Positions 34,004 through 47,848 of a stretch of DNA of 64,000 nt are shown one piece after another. A program made the translations under genes and the position numbers. The notes under the pieces were generated by a model, which saw only the letters and a list, made by a program, of their open reading frames with translations, had not been told where the DNA came from and ran no database searches. Position 1 is the stretch's first letter. Each line of letters begins with the position of its first letter. The DNA lies in NCBI GenBank assembly GCA_950097015.1, contig CATNEN010000034.1, positions 7,750,001-7,814,000 of the forward strand, in the 5' to 3' direction. The stretch is from Macrostomum hystrix (lineage: Eukaryota > Animalia > Platyhelminthes).

Positions 34004-37000
34004 GTAAGTCCATTCTTATCCGTCCCTTAGGGTGAGGATGGGAGTGAGGCTTTGGTGGTGCAGGTCGGATGCTGTGGATGGAGAGGCTGTCCCAAATCAT
34101 TCTAACCAATGTCAGTTGCTGACTCGATTACGTAACACCGTAAGTTTCTCCTCCATGGCCCTCTAACTCAGTCGCAGTGTTTCTGGCTGGGAAAAATCGA
34201 ATGAGGAGGCAGCAAAGATAGGTGGGTCAGGGAAGGCAGTCCCTGTCCAACTGCTGTTAGTGTTACACGGCTGTTTCTGTCTTCTGAAACCTCAGCCTCA
34301 TCTCTGCAGCTTCCGTTTGCAGTTGATTTGCAAGAATCCAGGTGTACTGCTGGCGGTCTGTGTGCGTGTTTCATTGTCCTTGGTCCCTTGTGTTAGTTGC
34401 TATGCTGCCCCGGCATTCCATTTAGCTAATGAGAGCACAATTTGTTATCAACTTTCTGTTGTTCTCAAGCTCTGCGTGCAAATGTAACCCAACAAATTTA
34501 TTGAGTCACTCAGCTTCTGGCACTGGATTTAACGGTGGATATTCAAGCGAGTTCACTTGGAATTTCGGACCCCAATCCGTCTGGTTATTTTCATTCGAAA
34601 TTAATTTCATTCGAGTCGGTCAGTGCCTACTATTTGCCATCAGCGATCACAAATTGGCCAAGAATTTCATTGCAGCAGGAACTCAGAGCTCAGCTTTGAT
34701 CAGATTTCCTTCGTAACTCAAAGCACTCCGCTAACTCCTTCCAGCTTTGACATTTAGGAACCCCGCTGGCAATGACCGTAATGCCCTCACAATGTCACCA
34801 CATTGTCTTTAATTAGGTTGACTTTCAATTCAAATTGAGTTTCCTCACCTTGAGCTGCCCGCATCGCATGGTCTCATTATTATCTGAGTGATCATTGCTG
34901 TGAAATCAATTTCCATTTCTTAGTTTAGCAACTCCGATCGCTAATTGACTGACGATCAACGCAATGTTCGCTTCTTGTACATCGCCTTCTGTGATCTTCC
35001 ATTGTTCAGTAGCTTAGTGAACCAGCGGGTGACTCAAAGATAGTCTGAGATTTGCTCAAATCTTGTCACGTGTACTCGCTAAATGTGTCAGTCCTTCGAC
35101 TCATGCTGTGCTCAGCCGCTGGTGTGTCCGTTTGAGTCAGCGGGGAGTGGCGATGGAATGAAATTCGTACTGCATGTGGCCTGACAATCTGTGTTGCCTG
35201 GTATAGTTCACATTTGCATTATGAGTTATCTGCAGGAATCGTTAGAAATGATTAGGATACAAGACTTCAGCCCAGGTATTCAGCTAATAACTCTTCTGAA
35301 CTCACTCTAACATCTCACTGCCCGTCTCTCTGATCATTCAGTTGCAGGTATCCACTCTGTCTCCATGGCCTGAGTTGGTTGCTCAGAGCGGGTCAAAGTG
35401 GCGACAATCTTATTCCCTGTCTGTCAGTCACCCCAGTCTGTCTGGAGCGGCACAGGCAGGTCTTCAGTAAGTCCAACTAAACTCACCGCTGTAATTTAGC
35501 CGCCAACTGTCTGAGATGTAAAAACTGCTGCGTGACCCAATGACATTGACGACTCAACATGCTCAATGGGCTTTCCTTTGAGGATTTCCCTTTACCTGAT
35601 TCCCCTCCCAGAATGTCTGTCTGCTGTGGGGTCAATACGCAGCCAGTTCTTGACGCAGACTTTCCTTTCTCATTGTCCTGAGTGATCCGGGCCTTCTCAG
35701 TCCAAACACATATTCATTCCAATGAGACTCAATTGAATTTCTTGCACACGTGGGCGAAATCAATTAGGCTTGCAGGAATGAGAAATAGAGAACATTTTTA
35801 TGTTAGCACAGAATATTACCTGATTTCAATCGAGTTACACAATACTGTATCGGCAATAAATTCGGAGCAATTCAAATTTGACAATCTTGAGGCAGTTTCC
35901 ACTTGTTGCCCCTGACTCAACATCACCGATATGCACAATGAGAGCAGATATGAAAATCTGATAAACTCCCCAGAGCGAAAGCATCCACTGAATCCTTTAT
36001 GGGATGAACCCATTGTTGACTTTTGACTGACAATATTGTGACAATGAGATGGGGCCGCAGCAAGCGGTCCAGGATGAGTTGACTCGAGCTCAAAACCTGC
36101 TGACTGCCTGGTCCGAACCGCTGTGTTTTCCACTCGAGAATTTCGTCATCCTTACCTCGAATGATCTGGTGCGAATTCTTTCCCCAAGGCCCTCTGCGTG
36201 TCTTCCCTATCTGTTGCACCTCATTGAGCTGTGTGGGGATCATCCTTCTGCTCATAGTCCCATTGTCTGTTGAACCTCCACCCCACAACTTGCCCCGAAG
36301 CGGGTGTTGTTAGTGAGGCTAAGTCGTGATATGGACAGGGGGTCCCACCAGAGGCAGTTTCTGCACATTTGGATTAACTAATAGTGAATGCCCTTTGCCC
36401 TGATGTCCCACTTCAGATGAAACCGTTGCGATAGTTAAAAGACTTGCAAGTCTAGTTAAAGTCAAACAATTTGTTCTCAAACTAACCTTGCTTGACTCAA
36501 CACTTTCTCACTGTAAAATGACTGACAACTAAGAATGGGAGAACCTAGAAACACAGACTGACCTGGGCAGTTGCAGAATCTGTTATTGCCTATAGAAGAC
36601 ACTTGGGATAAAGTGACAGTCCAAATTAGCAGGTAGGAAAAGATCATTTTGCCACGAATGAGGCGAAATGCGGAGCAGCTCATTAATTATGCAGAAAGGC
36701 TTATTTTGCTGGCAAAAGCAGAAGTAAAACTGTTAACTCCCTGCAATGTGTGCGGCTTGGGAGTTTGTGAATGGCATCGAGCCAAAAACACTTCACAAGT
36801 CATCAGCAGAACCAGGCCAGCGCAAGACTTCCTAGCAATGGAGACAATTAACCTGTTTGAATGGCAACTGCCCGTCCCTTTGGCCGGTGGGAGTTTTTTC
36901 AAAAGCCTCACACAGCCCAGTGGGAGGGTCCACTGCAGGAAGGGGAAGTTATCCCAATTGGTCAGTTTAGAGCAAGTGGAATGGGGAATTGAGAATGTGG

Positions 37001-37042
37001 GCTGAGGAACGAGGGGATCGTACAGGAAAATAATGCGAGACA

Positions 37043-37617
37043 AATAGTAATAGACACAGGTGAAATGACAGGTGAAGGTCTTGAGGATTGAAGATGGGAG
37101 ATATCAGGAGAAGCAATATAATAGTAATAGTAATAGACACAGGTGAAATGACAGGTGAAGGTCTTGAGGATTGAAGATGGGAGATATCAGGAGAAGCAAT
37201 ATAATAGTAATAGTAATAGACACAGGTGAAATGACAGGTGAAGGTCTTGAGGATTGAAGATGGGAGATATCAGGAGAAGCAATATAATAGTAATAGTAAT
37301 AGACACAGGTGAAATGACAGGTGAAGGTCTTGAGGATTGAAGATGGGAGATATCAGGAGAAGCAATATAATAGTAATAGTAATAGACACAGGTGAAATGA
37401 CAGGTGAAGGTCTTGAGGATTGAAGATGGGAGATATCAGGAGAAGCAATATAATAGTAATAGTAATAGACACAGGTGAAATGACAGGTGAAGGTCTTGAG
37501 GATTGAAGATGGGAGATATCAGGAGAAGCAATATAATAGTAATAGTAATAGACACAGGTGAAATGACAGGTGAAGGTCTTGAGGATTGAAGATGGGAGAT
37601 ATCAGGAGAAGCAATAT
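37043..37617. repeat. Perfect 83-bp tandem repeat, about 7 copies
   Basis: TAGACACAGG recurs at 37051, 37134, 37217 and onward (period 83) with identical intervening sequence. Confidence 0.97.
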
Positions 37618-38499
37618 ATAAAAACTGCACTTTGTGAGGTAAAAAATAGCACGTACTCAAGAGAATTTTATGAGCACAAAAACCAGGTCAACTGGCTCAG
37701 CCCGCCACCACCAGCTGGCCTGTTGCGCAACGCGGAACGCTGTGGGGACCGCTAGCAGGATGAGTTTATCATTGAGCACAGTTCTCAACAGACACTATTG
37801 GCCTCCACCTACCTTGGGTTGGCTGTGCAATGCCTAAATGTGTGGACACGTGCGGCTGTGTGTGTTTGACTAGTTTTGTCGATCCCAGCTCATCCTTTTC
37901 ACTGCCGGCTTGCGCAACAAGATGGACTGGGAGGAACGGAAGGGCACTAAAATTATCCCTACTCAATTGGGAGGGCACTATATTGTCTCCCAATTTCCTG
38001 TCTCCTTTAGCACCTTCAGCCCTCGAGGGACATATGGTCTCAGCTGCTTCGGTGACCCTCGGCCCTTCAAAAATGGGCGGAGCAGTGAGATTTCAGATCC
38101 GGATTCACAATAGAAACTCTTCGCTTGTTTTTGATTCGTTCTTTCATTCTAGATTTTTGTGCCATTTTTAGCCCGAGGTCAATAATAGTAGATTCAATAG
38201 ATTCACTAACTAGACTGCAGATTCTGCAATCTTGGCCTGTTCCCAGATTCAACAGTCACTGCATTTCTAATTTGGCAGCATTTACAAGCTGGAGTCATCT
38301 GTCACACTGAGGGGACAAGTGCAGGTTTGGGCCATTTTAGCAGACAGCGAATACCATTGCAGGCCTGAAAGGATTTGTCTGTATTCTAACAGCAGCTTCT
38401 GTTCTTCTAAAGTGCCAATCGGGTCATCATCATTCAAAAGGCAGAAATAGTTGAAGTGAAAGAATAATGTGCAGAGACAGAAACGCGAGCTTGGGAGAT

Positions 38500-39115
38500 G
38501 AGAAAGAAGGGGTCAGAAATGGGAAGGAGGGGCAAAAATAGAGGGGAGAGAGGAGACGGGAGAGGGAGAGGGAGAGGAGAGGGGGAGAGCGGAGAGAAGA
38601 TGGGATTGGAGAGAAGAGAGGAGAGAGGAGATAGGAGAGAAGATGAGAGAGAAGAGTGGAGAGGAGAGAAGAGAAGAGAGGAGAAAGGAGATGAGAGAGG
38701 AGAGGAGAGAGGAGAGAGAAAAGAGAGAGGAAAGAGTAAACTGGAGACAGGAGAAAAAAGTAGAGAGGATAGACGCAAAGGATAGCAGAAACGAGAGGGG
38801 ACATAGGAAAGAAAAGAATAGAGCAGGGAGAGGAGAGAGCAGGGAGAGAGGAGAGAGCAGGGAGAGGAGAAAGGAGAATGCAGGGAGAGGAGAGAGGAGA
38901 GAGCAGGGATAGGAGAGAGGAGAGAGCAGGGAGAGGGGAGAGGAGAGAGCAGGGAGAGGAGAGAGGAGAGAGCAGGGATAGGAGAGAGGAGAGAGCAGGG
39001 AGAGGAGAGAGCAGGGAGAGGAGAGAGGAGAGAGCAGGGAGAAGAGAGAGCAGGGAGAGGAGAGAGCAGGGAGAGGAGAGAGCAGGGAGAGGAGAGGGGA
39101 GAGAGAACGGATGAG
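38500..39115. repeat. GA-rich low-complexity tract grading into a GAGCAGGGAGAGGA(GA) minisatellite
   Basis: Almost purely purine on the plus strand. Confidence 0.9.
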
Positions 39116-40660
39116 GGAGATTGAGCAGAAGCGTTTCAGGCAAGATTAAAGGTGGATGATATCAGAAATTGAACTGAAGTTCAGGCAGCTAAATTCACAG
39201 TAAAAGTATGTCCGACCCAGATACAAGCAGATAATGGATCGATGCAATTGGATAATAGAGTGATGACGGTCACTGATGGACTGATGATCCGATAAGCAAA
39301 TATATCGCTAATTTAAACAGTTTTGCTTCCTAATATTCACCCAATTCGACATTTTAGCTTAAAAGTCAACTTCAACAGCTACCGGATTAAGAAACTGTGC
39401 ACCGCATTGCTTTGAATTAAATTTCAAGGCGCCCTCGAAAGACCCAGATAATCCCCTTGAAGTGTTTAGCGGAATTATTTTAGTCAGGGTGGCAACTGAA
39501 AATCGCGACTGTCTCCAAGTGTCAAAATTAGAAAATCATCCCCTTATTCGGTTCGACTTAATTGCCAAAGGGTTGGTGAGAAGCGATGGAGAATAAGGGG
39601 AATTTATCCCATCCTCTCCTAGCCATTCTTTCAAACAGAATTGCAGTTTTTTCTCTGCGCTTCCAAAATTTCATGTTAATCCAAGGAATTGTACTATCAT
39701 TCTACAGTCTAGAATTGGAAGACAGACAGCCTACCCACTGCCTACTTCGCGATCGCTCCAAAACCAAAACCGAAGAACCAGTAGGATGCATTGAACTACG
39801 ATTTTCGTGAAAGTCTGGTCACAATTTTCCGACCTTTACGATTAATTAACTTTCTAAGCCGTCCGACGTCGTAGATACTCGAGATATTCCGCGATTCTAG
39901 TTGAAGAGACCCTGGTGACAAGCAATATACAGGATGAAATTTCGTGAGCGGAAAAGGGCATTTTGATGGTTTTAGCCACCAGACACCCCGACAAGAGTCG
40001 TTGAATATCTCGACATTCATCGAATTGAGCGGAAAATTTTAGCATGTGATCAGGGATTTCATGGCATAATTTTGTTTGAATAGTTTAAGAGATACTTTCC
40101 ACTGTTAACAGGTGAGTGGATAATGTTTTTTACACCAATCCTAGTCCATCGAATTCCACTGAGGCTTTGGAAGATTCAAAAAGCATGAATTTAGTGATTC
40201 ACCTCGCAAAACTTCCCGAACAGTTTCGCACAGTTTAAAGTGTGTATGGGTGCTGTTTTCACTGGCAGAATATTTGGTGCAGGCTTCGCTAATCCTAATC
40301 CTCTATTATCCCACTCGCTATATGCATGGCGCAGTCTTTAGGTTCGTGTCGAAAAATTCTGGGTCTAGCGATCATTTCAATGCATATTTTTCTACTTCCA
40401 GCCTCTCTCCTTTTTCTCTCTTATTCTTCCTTCTCCACACTCGCTTCCGCTGTCTGCACCATTGGGACGCCACATGGGCAAGCGCGACCTCCACACCGCC
40501 ACAGCCACTTCGATATGAGAGCCGAGCCGCAAATATACCAAAGGTGGAGCCTGGCTTTCAAAGCTGAAGCGAGATAGATTGCGTAGCAGTCAAGTATATA
40601 TCTGTTGTTCCCATTCTATTTTCCCTATTCTTCGATTGCTTCCCTCGCAATTTATACGAA

Positions 40661-41330
40661 TCTCCCCATTCTCAGAATTTCCCCATTCTCCGAATCTCCC
40701 CATTCTCCGAATTTCCCCATTCTCCGAATCTCCCATTCTCCGAATTTCCCCATTCTCCGAATTTCCCCATACTCCGAATCTCCCATTCTCCGAATTTCCC
40801 CATTCTCCGAATTTCCCCATTCTCCGAATTTCCCCATTCTCCGAATTTCCCCGTTCTCCGAATTTCCCCCTTCTCCGAATTTCCCCATTCTCCGAATTTC
40901 CCCCTTCTCCGAATTTCCCCCATTCTCCATATTTCCCCATTCTCCGAATTTCCCCATTCTCCGAATCTCCCATTCTCCGAATTTCCCCATTCTCCGAATT
41001 TCCCCATTCTCCGAATTTCCCCATTCTCCGAATCTCCCATTCTCCGAATTTCCCCATTCTCCGAATTTCCCCTTCTCCGAATCTCCCCATTCTCCGAATC
41101 TCCCCATTCTCCGAATCTCCCATTCTCCGAATTTCCCCATTCTCCGAATTTCCCCATTCTCCGAATTTCCCCATTCTCCGAATCTCCCATTCTCCGAATT
41201 TCCCCATTCTCCGAATTTCCCCATTCTCCGAATTTCCCCATTCTCCGAATCTCCCATTCTCCGAATTTCCCCATTCTCCGAATTTCCCCATTCCCCGAAT
41301 CTCCCCATTCTCCGAATCTCTCATTCTCCG
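40661..41330. repeat. 16-17-bp minisatellite (CCCCATTCTCCGAATTT), about 40 copies
   Basis: Tandem copies; source of the spurious SEFPHSPN and GEWGNSEN ORFs. Confidence 0.97.
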
Positions 41331-41711
41331 AGTAGATTAGTGATTTTATATTTAATGGACTAATAATATCTCGGCACAGATCATGAAAGGCGTGACAAGT
41401 CGCACTTTGATCCTCCATTGCTTTCCCCAAAGTCCTCTCCGCCCTCTGCCATTGGCTGGGCCGTCGCTCCACACAGCTGCAGTCATTGGCCAATCAGCGC
41501 AGACCTGCAGGGTCAACCCTGGCGTGTGGAGGTGGTGGGCCCTGTGGCATATAGACAGCAGCACAAGACAGCGAAAGGGATCCAAGAGATTGAGAGATCA
41601 GCAGTCCAAGGGCGGACAAAATCCCACTGTATTTAGATAACTCCCAAATCCTATGTAATGCCGCATCTTTGACTGGCTTTATTCCCATCATCTTTTGCCC
41701 TTTGTCCACAG

Positions 41712-41825
41712 AATCCAGCATGAAATCGGAAGATAATTGAAGCAGAAATCAGCAACATCAGTCACAGCTCAATTCAAGATTGGCCAACTGAACTGAAAGC
41801 TTTATTCTACCTGAACAATACAAAG
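41712..41825 (+). other. Candidate non-coding 5' exon (114 nt) of the protocadherin, containing a 6-codon uORF
   Basis: Long polypyrimidine acceptor CATCTTTTGCCCTTTGTCCACAG| and donor AAG|GTGAGT; internal ATG AAA TCG GAA GAT AAT TGA. Confidence 0.5.
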
Positions 41826-44158
41826 GTGAGTGTGTTTTGCTTAATTGTTCTCAATTGTGCTCAAAACTGTTTTCAATTGGGGCTAATTCAATTCTTATCA
41901 GCGTGTTTCTATCTCCTGTTGACCTGCTTTCATTCTTCTTTGTTTTAATGGAATGAGTCTGCTGATAATTAGCTTTCTGCTGGACTTAACTAATGCAGGT
42001 CGTGTCTTTTGACTCTTGAATCCATTGGCAGAATAAAGCATTGGTTTGTCAGTGATAAGCATCGATATAGTTCTGAATTTGGGATTCACAAGATTTTCGG
42101 GATGGGATAAAATTATGGCCATGAAGCTGGAGTGATCGAGTTCAAGACTCAACTAGACTCAACAAAACTTTCCCTCGATATGTTTCGTCACAGAAGGCAG
42201 TGCACCAGTTTCTGGTGCATTTTATAAGAATAAATTTAGAATAATAATTTTTACAACCAGCTGGCAGGGATCAGAAACTAAACGAAGTTTTTATTTCCCA
42301 TTCTTCATCTCTGTGCCTCTGAACCTGAGCAAGCTTCGTTTGAGTCATTTATTTCCACAGCCCAAAGTTTATTACAGCCCGTGTTCGTGTTCCCATTGTG
42401 TGACAATTCATTAATCTGTAGGACCAAAGGTGTAAAAATAAATTAGCCTTTTCTGTGAGATTAAACTGTAATCCCAAGTTGGATTAGCACTAGAAAACAC
42501 GGCATTGAATTTTCCAGGAAATGCTGTGAGAAATCGAATGTCATTTTTTCAATCTTCTCATTTCATTCCTGTCTTAAAATTAATTTCCATTATTGGAGAC
42601 CATCAGAGTTGATTTGCTGAAAGTGAAATCCCAACAGACTTAGCAACAAGCAATGCCTCAACATTATAGGCTAGAGAAGGCTGAAAGTCAGTGCAATCAC
42701 TGATCCCGAATCGAGATGGGATTGGAGAAATAAATGGGAAAATTCAACTTCCCAAGAAATGGACTCCTCGCCAGCGAGACAATGGTAAAGTTGGGATATT
42801 TTGGGAGAGCTAACTAAATAGTTGAATGGGATCAAAGTACTTGTACCTGGATCATTGCCTAAAAAGGCGCCATCAAAATCGGGAAGGAGTTTGTTGCAAT
42901 CGCATTTCCTGTAGTTGCTAAGAGAGCGTAAGAGAAAACCAGAAGCATTTTCAATGACCAAAAGCCGGTAAGGGGTTTCACTTTTTCTTCACTTCTTCCA
43001 AAAGCGGCCCTTCTCAATAAATCTTTCTTCCGTGTGGAGCAATTTTCTGCTGCAATCGTTCGCTGCGTTCTGCAGAGATTTAAAGGCTATTTTAACAGAC
43101 TGCACTTTAACGATCGGAGCTAGTCGAGTTTGCCATTTATTACAGCATCTCTGAGACATTTTATGGCCCAGCTCTTGCTGGCAGTTTGCGGTTGGGAAGT
43201 TTGAAAAATGATTCTTTGAATGGGATGACATTAAAGAAGTATTAAATGAAGTTAAATGGTCAGGGCTCCTTTAGATTCCATAATGCTGTATCTAATTGTG
43301 AGTTCTGTACTGAATGATTAGCAATGGGATCTTCGAATTATTAAAGGAAAACTATTCATTCTTTTTTTGAAACTCAGTAGTATGATAAAAATGTTTTTAA
43401 TTAGTTTCTAAACAAATATTTCTATCGGTAAGCATAGTTAAAAGTGCAATCACTTGGTCAAGAGCAATCTCATTGCTTCTAGCAACAATTAAAAAAACGG
43501 GAGCTACTGGGTGGTGGCACAGTCGGCAGAGAAGAGATGGAGTGGAGGTTGATAAGATCCAGCGGTAAATGATGCTGGGTCGAGATTCGAGGAATATAAA
43601 TATCTGCGAAATGCATATCACACCAGGAATTCCTCAGCTAGTTACTAGGAAAGCAGTGGAGTGTGTGATTGAGTAGGCAGTTATGACCATCGCACACCTC
43701 CATTGCTCTCCGCTGCTTTTGTGATCATTCATTAATTTGAGGCGCGGGCAAAATTTCTACCGCCTTGTTTGCCAGTTAGTTTTTTATGGCCAGAAACGCA
43801 ATTTGGCGTATCAGCCGCCGGACATCCAGTAAAACTGGTCGGCTACATCTGGCCATTTAAACTGCGGCGTCTCATGGGTGCTCAGGCTTGGTCCGCGGCG
43901 AATCTCATTATGCAAAACGCTTGGCACTTGCGCGCGAAAATTCCAACTGTCCTGTTCACCCTGCAATGTCCGCTGGGACTAACCCGCTGCTCAGTATATT
44001 GCTTTTGCTGCATGTCAGGAAAATGCTGCCTTACTGCTTGGCAACCATTTTATGCAAAATAAGACACGATGGCTTTGCTGCACAGTCTCTGGTCAAGACA
44101 AAAAGCTGCTCATTGTTAAACATACAGTCAGTGTCCGATGTTGACATTCGATGTCTAA

Positions 44159-45062
44159 AACCCGAATGTTCTGCAACCCGAATGTTCTGAGACCCGAATG
44201 TTCTGAAACCCGAATATTCTGAAACCCGAATGTTCTGAATCCCTAACGTTCCGAAACCCGAATGTTCTGAAACCCGAATGTTCTGAAACCCGAACGTTCC
44301 GAAACCCGAATGTTCTGCAACCCGAATGTTCTGAAACCGGAATGTTCTGCAACCCGAATGTTCTGAAACCCGAATGTTCTGAAACCCGAATGTTCTGAAA
44401 CCCGAATGTTCTGAAACCCGAATGTTCTGAAACCCGAATGTTCTGAAACCCGAATGTTCTAAAACCCGAATGTTCTGAATCCCTAACGTTCCGAAACCCG
44501 AACGTTCCGAAACCCGAATGTTCTGCAACCCGAATGTTCTGCAACCCGAATGTTCTGAAACCCGAATGTTCTGAAACCCGAATGTTCTGAAACCCGAATG
44601 TTCTGAAACCCGAATGTTCTGCAACCCGAATGTTCTGAAACCCGAATGTTCTGAAACCCGAATGTTCTGCAACCCGAATGTTCTGAAACCCGAATGTTCT
44701 GAAACCCGAATGTTCTGAAACCCGAAAGTTCTGAATCCCTAACGTTCTGAAACCCGAATGTTCTGCAACCCGAATGTTCTGAAACCCGAATGTTCTGCAA
44801 CCCGAATGTTCTGAAACCCGAATGTTCTGAAACCCGAATGTTCTGAAACCCGAAAGTTCTGAATCCCTAACGTTCTGAAACCCGAATGTTCTGCAACCCG
44901 AATGTTCTGAAACCCGAATGTTCTGCAACCCGAATGTTCTGCAACCCGAATGTTCTGCAACCCGAATGTTCTGAAACCCGAATGTTCTGCAACCCGAATG
45001 TTCTGCAACCCGAATGTTCTAAACCCGAATGTTCTGCAATCTGAATATTCTAAAACCCGAAC
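44159..45062. repeat. 16-bp minisatellite (AACCCGAATGTTCTGM), about 56 copies, with interspersed AATCCCTAACGTTC variants
   Basis: Tandem copies. Confidence 0.97.
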
Positions 45063-46054
45063 GCCCGTATATTTGATTTTCCGCGAGCTTAATTTCCAAG
45101 AAACCTAGATGCACAAGAAGTAGAAAAGTACTTTATGAAACCGAAATGCTCCAAAAGATAATCTGTAATCAGTGCTCAGTATTGAAAAAGCCAAGCCATT
45201 TCGAGTTGTTTCGTCTCCGTCCATCTTCGCGCAGCCACCAAAACGGAATCGCCCTCAGTCGTATTTGGGGTCTTAGAAACCGAGCTAGGGAATGAGAAGC
45301 GAGTCAGTAACGCAACTTTCCAATTAATTTCACTTGCATACTCAATGCCGCACAGTTGCAAGGACTCAAATAGTGGATAAATCAGGATAGGATGGTGAAA
45401 GAGACGGAGCGAAGGTTCCTTGGGAATTGCATATGTGAGTATAGGAGGTGCAACCAGTGAGATGATGCTCAAAGCGTTTGAGAACAGCCTAGCCACTTGG
45501 AAATGAGAAAATATGAGTTCAAGCTTGAAACGAGGAAGACTTATATTAAAGCATTTCTGTTGCATGCCTGTGTGTGGACTGTGGCCAGTCAAAGCCTTTC
45601 ATTTGCAGCATTTTTATTTCTTAGAAATGCCTCCTTGACTGAGACAGAGTGCTTCTAACAGAGCTGCAGCCACACAAATCTTAAGGACACAATTGCCAAG
45701 GCTGAGACGGGATTCTATCCCCTCATTCTGCCCGTCTCTATGCGGTCCCTTTCTCACCTCCGCATGCAGCTGATTGATTGGGGGTGGAGAGAGAAGTGCC
45801 TGATAGAAATTGCATTATGCCACGGCCGCTCCTTTGTGCCACTGCAACCCGCGGCTGACCTCCGAGAGCTGCGGGGTGAGACGGACCTCCGGCATGCACT
45901 GGTGAACAGCTGTTGCTGATTTCTTTACACTTTGTAGGTGACAGATTTGAAATTTTGAGACTGAGCGAAGCAATGCGAAATGAAAAACAAAACTGCACCT
46001 ACCATTGCAGACTGTGAGCACAGACCATGATTTGACCAGACCATGAGCACAGAC

Positions 46055-46510
46055 TCTCCCTTCTCCTCTCTCCCTTCTCTCCTCTCTCCCATATCCTCTC
46101 TCCCTTCTCTCCTCTCTCCCATATCCTCTCTCCCTTCTCTCCTCTCTCCCATATCCTCTCTCCCTTCTCTCCTCTCTCCCTTCTCACGTGTCTCCCTTCT
46201 CCTCTCTCCCTTCTCACCTCTCTCCCTTCTCACCTCTCTCCCTTCTCACCTCTCTCCCTTCTCACCTCTCTCCCTTCTCACCTCTCTCCCTTCTCACCTC
46301 TCTCCATTCTCACCTCTCTCCCTTCTCTCCTCTCTCCCTTCTCTCTCCCTTCTCTTCTCTCTCCCTTCTCCTCTCTCCCTTCTCTCCTCTCTCCCTTCTC
46401 CTCTCTCCCTTCTCACCCCTGTCCTTTATTTCTCTCTTCACCATTCTCCCATTTCTCTTGTTGCCTGTCTCTTTTCTCGGTCTTGCATTTTCAACTCTCT
46501 CCCTTCTCAC
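46055..46510. repeat. CT-rich low-complexity array (CTCTCTCCCTTCTCAC-type units)
   Basis: Almost purely pyrimidine on the plus strand. Confidence 0.9.
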
Positions 46511-47379
46511 CTCCGATACGCAATAGTAGCAGTATTTCCATTTTCCTTCGAATGCCCAGTTAGCTTTTGTTGTTTGCCATCTTGTTAATTTTGCAGATTT
46601 TCTCCTCTTCTGCTGCTGAGTTAGCAGACTCCTCGCCTGGAGATTAAGGAGCCGGAAGTGACCAATTAATATTAGTTAGTGAGCTGTGCTCAGAGTTGCC
46701 GCAGCTCCTGGAAGCCTTTCCTGACCGCCAGTTTTGCATTTGCGATAATGAATATTGAGTTCTCAAAGCCGACTCAACGAAGATCTTTCCGCGCACCCCA
46801 GCTTCAATTCTCCCACTTCCCATGGGAGCTAAAAGGGATTTTTTTTAATGAAAACGAGCCGTATTGTCAGTTGCTTAGCAATGGATCTCACTTCATTTTT
46901 TGCTAACTGTCACTGTCCTGTCGCGCAAAGTGACACATTGAAAAACTAGATTTGCCAGGCGGAGGTCTTCAAAGGAGCAGCATTTTTCTTGGCGAACTCA
47001 TTATTAATTTCAGCTTTCTCAATCTAGGTTAATTTCAGCTTTCTCAATCTAGGACATTATAAGTGTAACGCCTGGTGAATATATGAATGTGAATGTGGCT
47101 TTTCACAAGAGCTCCCTGTTTCTGAGCACTTTTCATGAGCACAGAAAAAAACTGAAGAGTGGGGCTCGAGTCCGCAGCCTTATTTCAAGTGGGCACTTCC
47201 CCAATCCCTAATAACAATTCGCATACCTAAGATGCCACTTGACTTCTGCATCGCTCATCGCCCAGAATCCTATATCCTCACCGGGAGATCGCTGTTTAAC
47301 ACCCCCCCGGCTTCTCACCCAAACGCAGTGAAGGAGACATTGTGGCCCTCTTGTTCTTATCTCCATTACTTCTGTCCTC

Positions 47380-47848
47380 CTCATCCCACTCCCCTCATCC
47401 CACTCATCTCACCCCAATCTCCTCACCCCACTCCCCTCATCCCACTCCCTCATCCCACTCCCCTCATCCCACTCCCCACATCCCACTCCACACATCCCAC
47501 TCACCACATCCCACTCCCTCATCCCACTCCCCGCATCCCACTCCCCACATCCCACTCCCCACATCCCACTCACCACATCCCACTCCCCTCAGCCCACTCA
47601 CCTCATCCCACTCCCCACATCCCACTCACCACATCCCACTCCCCTCAGCCCACTCACCTCATCCCACTCCCCTCAGTCCACTCCCCTCAGCCCACTCCCC
47701 TCATCCCACTCCCCTCAGCCCACTCCCTTCATCCCGCTCACCTCATCCCACTCCCCACATCCCACTCCCCTCATCCCACTCCCCTCAGCCCACTCCCCTT
47801 ATCTTATTCCCCTCATCTCACTCCCCTCATCCCACTCCCTTCATCCCA
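47380..47848. repeat. 14-bp minisatellite (CCCACTCCCCTCAT), about 33 copies, G-rich on the minus strand
   Basis: Tandem copies with CAC/CAG variants. Confidence 0.95.

Noticed and set aside
38430-39143. Leu/Ser/Pro-rich and Arg/Glu-rich ORFs (also at 45925-46588 and 59448-60093)
   Set aside because: Translations of GA/CT low-complexity tracts.
40579-41493. Five overlapping ORFs of 218-273 aa
   Set aside because: All derive from the 16-17-bp array; the same holds for 44031-45008 and 47232-47888.
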